The notes under the pieces were generated by a model. It did no database searches and was not told where the DNA came from. It saw only the letters and a program-made list of their open reading frames with translations. From Azolla caroliniana (Eukaryota; Plantae; Polypodiophyta), in NCBI GenBank assembly GCA_043228905.1, contig JBHGNT010000013.1, positions 3,720,001 through 3,784,000 of the forward strand: a DNA stretch of 64,000 nucleotides, read 5' to 3'. Every line of letters starts with the position of its first letter. Positions within the stretch are counted from its first letter, which is position 1. The position numbers and the translations under genes were made by a program. Of this stretch, positions 1 to 9,687 are shown one piece after another.

Positions 1-115
1 ATCTCCACCTCCACTTCGACAAGATCAACCATGTCTTCAACGAGAATCGAGCGCTAGGACTCCAGGTAGGCCTCTGACCCTATGGACATTTTTGTAAATA
101 TGTTTTGTCACTCAA

Positions 116-601
116 GAACTCGATACGACGTATCGAGTTCCTATATAAAATACAAACTTTATACAGCAACTCGATACAGCGTATCGAGTTTCTGTTTGAA
201 GTTTAGGTTTTTATACAGGAACTCGATATAGCGTATCGAGTTCCTCTTTTTTCTTTGCTTTTTAAACAGGAACTCGATACGGCGTATCGAGTTCCTGTTT
301 AAAGTTTAGGTTTTTAACAGGAACTCAATACGCCGTATCGAGTTCCTCTTTTTTCTTTGCTTTTTAAACAGGAACTCGATACGGCGTATCGAGTTCCTCT
401 GTTTTCTTTGCTTTTTAAATAGGAACTCGATACGGCGTATCGAGTTCCAGTGTTATGTAACTCTTTTTTATACAGGAACTCGATACACCGTAACAAGTTC
501 CTATGTAAATTATGTGTTTGATACACGAACTCGATACCCTCCATCGATTTCATGTACAGAAACAAACTGTATACATGAACAGAATACGGCGTATCGAGTT
601 C
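116..601. repeat. Array of 10 palindromic repeats (consensus GAACTCGATAC-GGC-GTATCGAGTTC), period 50-53 bp
   Basis: Copies start at 116, 167, 219, 270, 321, 372, 423, 476, 527 and 577. The outer copies are degenerate. The AT-rich spacers recur (GTTTAGGTTTTT-type and TTCTTTGCTTTTT-type). Confidence 0.95.
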
Positions 602-1126
602 CTGTATAAAAGAAGACCCTGAAGGAGGAATATTGTGTTTTTGGGGCAACAATTTAGTATTGTGAGAGAAGATATCAAACTGTCTATCGAAATCTGTCTT
701 TTTTATGTCGACTTGCCTTACTTTTAAAAAAAAAGGGGTCTTAATTATAGGGGTTTTATGACCTACTATAGCTTAAAATAGTAGAAAATAACCCACAAAT
801 TACCTTCACGATACCAATCTCAAGTCTATCATATGCAAATTATCTACAATATGGTTATGGAATCAATATAAGTCATACCTGCCCTTCAAGACAATATATA
901 ACCTTGTATACTTATTACGATATATATTTCCTAAGTTGAATAGCCCTTACTAGAATAGATTTCTGAATATAGGACTACCATGTACACTAAATGCATGATT
1001 GATATTTATAGTTCACCACAAATCGCCTGCTAGTTTATTTCTTCATCTACTTATTTGTATTTTAATATACAACCTTAATCTACGTGACCACCTAACTTAT
1101 GTTTTCGCATGTCCTTTCTTAAATAG

Positions 1127-4100
1127 GTCGTTTGAGAACTTTTCGGACTGACCTATGAAGAAGATAAAGCTCTGCATACAGGGTTCTCCAATTGAAACAC
1201 AGACCCTAGTAGCTCCCGAGTCCATGAAGAGAGGAAAAAAGCTTCTTTTCAACAAGGAGTCAAAATCTCAACCACACATTGAGGTTAGCCGAAAGAAACT
1301 TGTAGCAGCTACTGGAGGTGAAGACCTTCCTGACCGTGATCTAACAGACAAGGAATGGTGTATGCAATATGTCGACTCAAAGAAAAAAGTTGTATTGTAT
1401 ACAAGAAAGAAGAAGGAGGAGGGGCAACTTGGAAAGGCAACCCCATTTATGTATGGCTGAATTCTACGATTTGACTACGAAGATGCAGATTCGGCCAACA
1501 TACTTGTAATGATAGAGTGCTCCAAGGGGGTACGTAAAGTGTTCCTTTCAGAAGATCTTCTAGTAAAGGAATCTTGTGGGCCAGAAGCGTTCAAAAAAGA
1601 TCTTGAAAGCTCACAAAACCTTATTGTTACCTTGAGGCCTTATATACAAGGCCATGTAACTCTAAGGGAGGAAGTGCCCTCCCTAGTGAAGGCCACAAAA
1701 AGGGTATCTAAAGTACAATCAAGACCACCAAAGAAGAAGACAACCAAAATGTCGGACTCCGATTCATCAAGTGAAAACGAAGAGGAGGACACTAAGGGGA
1801 CGCCAAGAGCTGAGCTGGCATCGGGTGTGTTGTCATCCGAGCAGAATAAGATAAGGAGAGAGTTAATGCAGCGTAAACTGGTCAAGAAAGGACAAGTGTT
1901 TAATTTGCCTATAACACACATCCATTGGCCCCCTATTGATGAAAAAACAAGACGAAGACCACTTGAGATTAGAGAGCCACACCGCATGCATGTTCAAAAT
2001 CTCAAGAAAAAAATATAAATTAATCCTCATGCCACTATGGTGCCTTTTATTGTTATGGTAGATCCTGAAGAATGTGAAACCATTGAAGATTTTGACATTA
2101 GAAAGCATGATCAATATAATTACTTTGTCATTGGTGGATCGCATTCAGCGGAGGCACGTCGGCAACTTGTTAGAGAACATCCAACGACTTTCTTCTTCAA
2201 GCATGCCGAGTGCAAAATTTACGTGGGGCTCACAACTGAAGAGGCAAAGCTGTTGGCATGGGATCATAATAATGATAATGACTATAGGCAGAAAATGTCG
2301 TCGATTGAGCATATAAGGTTCTTCCACCATGAGTATTTGGATGTGAAACAAAAGTTTGGTGTGAAGCTACATCTAGGTCTACGATGTCAATGTCTGCATG
2401 AAGTCGGTATTGTGGTAGATGATAATGTTAAGTCCAATGGTCTTCGAAAATATGAGTCTTGGTTTCAACTGGCCTTTAGAGATGGAGAAGTATGGGACCT
2501 ACATGATCAAATCTTCTCAATGTGGGAGAATAAGGAGGTCAAGGGTCAACGACAAAAGAAATGTAAGGTTGACCCTCAATTAGAGTTAAAGTCACAAGCG
2601 GCCAAGAAAATTGACTTGACAATTGAAGAAGCGACTGGCGACATGAAACTATCTCTGTGGAGAGCGATGCAAGGTATTAAGGACGAGCAGCTTCTTGTGT
2701 CTGTTTTGTCAAGGGTTGTGGCGAAAGATTTAAGCCTTCAGAAATGGTCACTGAGTTCAATAAGTAAGTCTTTCAAATACTGATATTGAAGTCTATATGC
2801 TGTAATTCAAAGTTCTAATCTTGATTTCTAGTTTTACAGTCATAAGGTGTACATGAAGATCCAAGAAGTTATGATGAAACAACTTAGATGTATAACTTGG
2901 GAACAAGTGACCGATGATTATCATCTAACGTCTTCATATAAGGCGTTATCGGAGTATTTTATTGCATTCAAGGATTGGGTTAGTATTGGTGGTTTTTCAT
3001 TACGCTTTCATCATATGTAGATGTTGTATAATAATACTTGATGTCCTATTGCTTCTATTAGAAACCGTGTCGTGGCAAGAAACAAGGAGAAGTTAAGGAT
3101 ATACACGATTTCCCTACATCCTTCCTTGCACATCTCGAGCGAACCAGAAAAGAAAAGGATCGTCGCTTAGTCAAGGCGTACGAAATGGAGGAAGATGGTT
3201 CCTTTAAAAAATTTAGCCACAAAAAAGATATTACGAGAGATCTTTACTACAATGCGTTTTGCGGCGATGTCGTCGACTTGATCCAAAAAGTGCCAAAGAA
3301 GGAATATACGCTAATGATTGTGGATATTCCTTACGGATTTCGAATGGCTGGGTCCTCATACGACGATGAACCGTTTAGGTTTAAACAGTTGGAGAAGATG
3401 GTCAAGCATTTCGCTGAGCTAACAACTGCATCCTTGTGGCGAATAGTTGTCTTTCATAGTATGGACCAAGGGTACTCGGTAGCTCAAGCTTTGAGATCTC
3501 GTTGCCATGGCATTGAGAACCTTGCATGGTAAGGATTATTTATAGGTGTCATTCACTATATTGCATTTCTTAAGGTTGTTCAATCTATTCTTAACTCCAT
3601 GTATTATTTTTTATAGGATAAAAACCAATGTAAATAGAGGGCCAACTTTTCGGTTCGTTAATGCCATTGAATACATCACGGTTGGCTAATTCGATGAAAT
3701 TAAGAAACAAAGAATCAAGGAGCATTCTAATGAAGTGGGAGGTTCAAATCTGTTGGAATATCCAGCAGTGACACAAAAATTGCGACATGTCACCACGACA
3801 GAACGGGGACTTGTCAACCCATATCAAAAACCTCAGCGACTTATGATGCGCTTGATCGAGATCTTTTCTATCGAAGGAGACTAGAGATTAGATCTCTTTT
3901 CTAGTACAAGTATTCCTCAAACTAGGGTAACGATCTTAAGATAACCAATACCGAATCTTTTTTGTTTGACAACTAATTCTTCTTGTTACTTTCTTCACAG
4001 GAACGACGTCTGCATGTGCATTGAAGCTCTTGAGAAATACAGTGCCCAGACCAGGATGAGGAGGTCGGTGCAAAGAACCTCACTAATACAGAAAGGTTTC

Positions 4101-4288
4101 AACCTACTTCGCGAGAGCGTTTTCTTCCGTTAGCCGGCGAACCGGGGGAGCTAATAGAGCTTGATGATGAGCTTATAGAAGATATTTCGTTGGCTCAGCT
4201 AACAGGGGAAGCCAATGCACGTATAGCCAAAGAGAGTTCTACACAAGATGATGAAGAAAATGACATTGATGAATTGATTGCTATGTAA
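1127..4288 (+). pseudogene. Spliced ParB/Srx-like domain + beta-class amino (N6A/N4C) DNA methyltransferase gene, decayed
   Basis: ORFs 1155, 1509 and 2037 share one frame. Exons ~1127-2763, 2840-2978, 3062-3528, 3617-3909 and 4001-~4288 are joined by GT-AG introns (2764-2839, 2979-3061, 3529-3616, 3910-4000). Motifs: FVIGGSHSAEARRQL...AKLLAWDHN (ParB-like); GDVVDLI...LMIVDIPY (motif IV); W-IK; NPYQKPQRLM..LIEIFS.EGD..LDLFSST/RTTSACALKLLRN (motifs X/I). There are several premature stops and a frameshift near 2740. Confidence 0.8.
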
Positions 4289-4755
4289 TAGACTCTATGA
4301 AGAAAATGACACTGACGATTTGTTTGGATTTCGCATTATTAATACAAATTTTGGGTTTTACTTGGTGGATTTTATCCTTTATAATCTTCTATATGTTTCA
4401 ATTTTATTTTTATATACTTGGTTAGTAGACTTATGACATTGGTTTCACCGCGTGCATAGTTGACTACCAAATTTATGGAGAAACATGAATTAGTTTAAAT
4501 TGAGGCTTATTTTGGTCCAAGCTAACCTAAACATAACATGGTCGTACAATTGTTTCCATGACTGTCCATGTTGTTATTATGGATCTTTGTTTTCTATTGT
4601 TAAAACTATTATGTTTCTATTCCATTGCTGCTTAGATTGTGTACTGTGTTGATAATGGTTCCACTAGCGTTATCCGCATGTTTTTATACGCTTGTAGTTC
4701 CACTAGTGTTATCGTTTAGAGTTTGATCCTCTGTGAATCACCTAAGCAATAGCGT

Positions 4756-4997
4756 AGATCAATTTTAAATACAGGTATGAAAGCCTTAATAGGTTTGTTA
4801 TTTCCACCACATTATCCTAAAGTTCACTGTCTTACATTGTCCACAATTATATACATATGGTTTGATCCCATACGAACAAACAGAGGAATAGATTAGATCA
4901 ACTTTAAATACAAGTATTGAATACTTTAATAAGTTAGTTATTCCAATCACATTATCCTAAAGTGCACTATCCTACATTGTCCACAATTATATACATG
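4756..4997. repeat. Imperfect direct duplication (~100 bp unit, ~138 bp apart)
   Basis: TAGATCAA(T/C)TTTAAATACA...CACATTATCCTAAAGT...TACATTGTCCACAATTATATACAT occurs twice. Confidence 0.8.
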
Positions 4998-5179
4998 CAC
5001 GTATGGGTCAAAGTATAAATTATAACTCATTTTATTAGTATGGATACAAGTACACCTCATATTTTTGTAAAACTTACCAAATTAATATAAGTCTTTAACT
5101 TAGTGTTTCCCTTGTCGCACATTAGTGACATATTGAGCCATTGTTGAACTTTATTATGCCTACATTAACTTTATTATGC

Positions 5180-5740
5180 CAATGCAATCATCTCCCAAAA
5201 AAGGAAGATATTGTCAAAGATGCTGAATCTGTCTTGCAGGAATCCTGATTGTGTATCATGTATAAGCGAGTGAAGCAGCGGTCACATTCTATTGGCTATA
5301 GTCTTTGCTACTATTTAATAGATGTCATTCAGCAAAGTTGTTGGACACCAGTTTGAGATTTCATTACATCGAGCATCTGGTTTCGGAATCATGTATATGA
5401 TTACTTCAGTCCATTCATCGGGCATATTCCCTGTTGTGACAATTAAATTAACTGATGTAGTAATAATAGGCCCCAACAAGTCCCAATAATGCAAATAGAA
5501 TACCACTCCTATGGCATCCTTTCCAGGACACACATATTTACCCAGGCATTTAGCCGTTGTCCAAACTTCAACGTTTGTAAATGGTTGAAGCAACTAGGAT
5601 GCCATTACATGAGTGCCCTTCTGTTGTATTGTTTCTAGTACAAGTTGTCCCTCATTAAGATCTTCCTCTTAGAAGGATTTAGCAGATAACAACTGATGGT
5701 AATATGTCGTAGCTATGTCCCGCATCTCATGGTTGATATT
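5180..5740 (-). pseudogene. L1-like LINE ORF2 (reverse transcriptase N-terminal) fragment
   Basis: PF(T)..EV...CPGKDAIGVVFY..YWDLLG...IYMIPK...NWCPTTLLNDIY, continuing to IANR..Q(S)GF...I.DNI with stops. Confidence 0.75.
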
Positions 5741-5945
5741 GTTGATATCTATTGATTGAAGCAACCGTAGCCATTGGTTGATTTGCCATTTTCTCTTGCC
5801 GTGAAATGTCCTCATAAAGAATATTTGTAAGTAACTTTGGAAGCGATTCAATGTTTCTATTCATGGTAGTGAATGATCCCCATGATTCAGGAAGTTTGTT
5901 TTGCATTAAGCCTATCTTAATATCTTCTGGGATGAGGTTGTTCAC
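5740..5945 (-). pseudogene. Copia-type gag (UBN2-like) fragment
   Basis: IGLMQNKLPESWGSFTT...L...ILYED matches the Copia gag LPxSW/Y motif. Confidence 0.55.
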
Positions 5946-6115
5946 GGTAATAACAACCAGTCCATGGCTTCGTCACAAGTAGCTTCGAAGATAAAAAGAA
6001 AATCTTCCTCTTCCTACAACACACATATTAAATAATGCATCTAAAGTATGTAACTCAGTGGTACCATCATGTACCTTGTACAAACTCTTTTGAGTTTTGC
6101 CAACATTACAATAGT

Positions 6116-6657
6116 TGTGGTGAGTCTCCAAGCCGGCCCGATACTGAACAGATACAATAGTTGTCTATAGGCAAGCCCCAGTCGGGGTACACTTGGGCTC
6201 GCCTACGCGAATGGAAGCCTTGCATTGAAGATCGGGTTTACGCACCGAAGCACAACAACTGTGAGCCACCTAGCCGCCAATCGGGGAGCACGTTGCGTGC
6301 CGTTCCGATTGGGGTTTTGCATAGTAGACAGCACTACGAACCGAAACCGTCAGAGTCTATGAGCTCGAGTGGGACTCCATCGTAAACACCAAAAATGTAC
6401 TCGACACAAAACAAAATGGAATCCCTAAACTCAGAGAGAGCAAAAAATACCAAAAATGGGGAACTAAACAAAAATGGGGAACCCAAAAGTAAACAAAATG
6501 GGAACCCTTTTACAAGGGACCCCTCCCTCCATTTATAGCTCCAGAAGGGAGGTACGTTACAATGTGGGACAAATATTCCTCCCTTTCCGAGGAGATATCT
6601 TGCCCTAATTTCCGAATGCGTGATGGGATAAGTACATTTAATTCCCTCACTTTCACA
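6116..6657 (-). mobile_element. Probable LTR remnant
   Basis: On the minus strand it begins TGTGAAAGTG, has a TATA box (CTATAAAT, ~6531-6539) and a U-rich downstream tract. Boundaries are uncertain. Confidence 0.35.
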
Positions 6658-6701
6658 CTCCACGATGTATTGAACTCCACTTATGTCACTTATTGACTAT
6701 A

Positions 6702-7107
6702 TGTTGAGCGAACAAGCTCAACCAGATCCGGAACTAGGATCTGGATAAGTAACCAGATCGTAATTCGGATCAGTATGAACCGGTAGGCTGTTAGAGGCCT
6801 ACGAATCTAGCCTACTATGTAGGCATATTTTTGAGAGTCACTGTCAGTCGCTCATATGAGCATTGAAGTACATGTCAGTACTTCTATCATACCTTTTAGG
6901 GAATTGTATAAAAGTGCTCAGTAAGCACATTATATGTACATAGTGTTGTTATTTTGAATTGAGTTTTTCCTGTTCTGCTCTCTCTATCCCTCCCACGTAC
7001 TATGTATTCATGCTTTTCATTAAACCTTCATTTCTGTTTTCTGTTAGCATCCGGCTGAGCCGGTTTGTCTAAGCCTCCACACATAATTCTTCCCATGGTA
7101 TCATAGC
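6702..7107 (+). mobile_element. LTR followed by tRNA-iMet PBS (truncated LTR retrotransposon)
   Basis: TGTTGAG...CCCA (6702-7095) is followed by TGGTATCATAGC (7096-7107). Its start resembles that of the solo LTR at 22643-22988. Confidence 0.65.
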
Positions 7108-8329
7108 GCGAGGGTTAGAATATCCTCTACTTTCGACAGAAAGCGCTAGATAGATGAAAACCCTAATCACTACTAAAGAACAAAAGAAAGAAGAAGGAAA
7201 TGGACAGAAGTCTGGCAAGCTTGCGTCCGACAAAGAAGCTCGATAGATCTTGCTACGCATCTTGGTCGCACAAAATCCTGCCTGTGGCCTGTGTAATTTA
7301 ATCTTGAGCCTTCCATGATTTCCATTGTTCAACCGTTTTGTTTATAATTGGTTCTTCCCAGGTGCCATCCACAACCTCGAGAAACCCTTCAATATCCAAT
7401 ACCAATACTATCTTCGGCTTCCAGATTTTAAAAATTCTTCTCGATTACCTTATCTAAGACATATTTCTTGCTAAATGTAGTCATATTTAGCAATGGACCC
7501 AATTTTGGCTGAAGTTTTATAAGTGTGTGGGTTTAAGTGTGACTCATATTGACTGTGAATAACTCTGAATCTACAGAGAGAGAGAGAGAGAGATGATGAC
7601 CACAGGTTTTAGAGATATATATGGCTGGGGACTTGGATTATAACTTCGAATGAGATCGAAGACACAGGTAATATTGTAATTAAATTATACATATGTTTAG
7701 ATGTGCGCCCTGTAAAATATGTGGTGCTCAAGTCCTTTATATTCAACAGGGTGTGTAAAATTCTAAGATGATGATGATGTTTTTAATCCCTGTTCCTGCA
7801 GATGTCGCTTAAAGGGTGCAATCTTCTAAAGTTTCGTTTTAATTTTGATTTTTGCCTCAACATCACCATCATGCTTAGCGTTTATGACTTTTCTTCCACA
7901 TTCCTTTGATTTTTCCTCTGATCTGCAGGTTAATAACAGAAAGATGGAAATGGAAGGGCAAACTATCGAGAAGTCAAACAATGTCATCAACAACCAGAGC
8001 CCACAAAAACAAAAACAAACACTGACACTGGCTGGATTTGATGAGGTTTTGGGAAATCGAGATCTGACTTTGTTCATTACATTTAAAATTCAAAGATGTG
8101 AAGGAGCAACTACCACAGAAAATCAAAGTCAAACACAAGATGGGGGGGAAATGGGAGGATCTTAATTTCAGGGTCAAACTCGTTGATTAAGGATTATATT
8201 AATCAAATCGATTGAGCACTGCATATATATGTATAATTTGCATACATGATTTTTGAGGGGAGGCATCTGAATTGGTGCAAATTTTATATCCAGAAGATGA
8301 CTACATGCCTCTTACTTTTTCTTTGGATG

Positions 8330-8510
8330 GGTCGTGTTTGTGTTGGTGGATGTGTTGTTGGATGTGTTGGTAGATGTCTTCGTGCATTTGTTGTTGGATG
8401 TCTTCGTGCATGTGTTGAGGCATGTCTTCGTGCATGTGTTTATGTATGTCTTCGTGCATGTGTTTATGCATGTGTTGTTGGATGTGGTGGTGGAGGTGGT
8501 GATGGTGATG
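8330..8510. repeat. 24-bp-unit minisatellite (GTCTTCGTGCATGTGTT-based)
   Basis: Repeated ATGTCTTCGTGCATGTGTT and GTTGTTGGATGT units. Confidence 0.8.
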
Positions 8511-9687
8511 AATCCTTGTAATTTTAAGATGTCTTTAACAATTGATTCATTGGGATTTTTTGTACATTCTATAATCTCGTAGCACCTGTAAAAGCTCGTG
8601 ATTTGCGTGCGAAATCAGGTGTGAAGCGATCGAATTTATAGAAGCCATGGAACTTATAAATCAAATCTCCATGTTTCGAATAATGGCCCTTTTAAAACCA
8701 AGCCATAGTTCTGGTTGGTCTTGGTCGATAAAAATGGTTCGAAGCCACGAAATTCGACATGACATTTGAATAATGCCTTTTAAACCAAAATCCATAGTTC
8801 TGGTTGAGCTTGGCATATAACAAGAAGGTGGGCGAAATGGCCAACAAAGGAATACTAATCCATGTCTCTATCTATACATATATCTGCATGTGTAACCTCT
8901 GATTGAAATTTTAATGTCAAAACAATGGCTATGGTGTCTGTAGCCTCTTAACTAATTTCAGTGTGTGATATGTGTCCCCTTCACTAGAGATTATCATATG
9001 ATGATTATAAATTGTATCACGTTTTACATGCATAAGGCAGTTGGCATCAATCATTCTTACAAAACCCACATCTTTATCTTTAATTATTGCCACTCATCTT
9101 TGTGTTATAATTGTTGCCACATTCCCTACAAAATCATTACACTCTTAATTCTCATCTGATTCTGCCTGCCTTCATAATAAACGCAAAACAAGTTTCAGAA
9201 AGGTTTTATACATGGCCAAACAATCCACATGCCAAACATTTGTGATTGGTCAGATTAGACCAATCCACATGGCCAAACAATTGTGATGCCAGTACAATTT
9301 TTTTAAGGATGTTTTTCCAAAGGACCTTGTGGAATTTTGTACTTGCCATTAGACCTAATGTAGGGGCACATGCACAAAAGGTGCAAAATTCTAAACGTGT
9401 GTCTAATTCATAAACGGATCTACTACAGACATGGCTTCTTAATTATGAATCTCTACCCCCCCCCCCCGTCTTAAATTTTTGCGTAGAACATTATTTAATC
9501 ATCATCATGTTTAGCTTATTAGGCTTGTTTTTCATGAAAAGGAATATATGAAAATAGCTATCTTTGGTGCGGTTCTAAAGAAAGAAGAACGTCCAAACAT
9601 CACATTGGCGCACACTCTCGATAGATTCTTACAGGAAAAAAAACACATTCCTCGCTCAATCGAATTAACTAGTATGAATGAAGAGAC

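Noticed and set aside
116-601. CRISPR array (palindromic repeats with regular spacing)
   Set aside because: The spacers recur and are low-complexity, there are no cas genes, and the context is eukaryotic with introns. Kept as a palindrome array instead.
314-652. 112-aa minus-strand ORF with repeated GTRYAVSSS
   Set aside because: It is a translation of the palindromic array with no independent coding evidence.
1127-4288. Bacterial or phage contamination as the source of the MTase gene
   Set aside because: Four frame-preserving spliceosomal introns and contiguity with plant-type retrotransposons argue for genuine nuclear sequence.
7590-8165. Possible host gene with intron-like signals (GTAATA ~7668, TGCAG ~7801 and ~7928)
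   Set aside because: No coherent spliced ORF or recognisable protein could be built.
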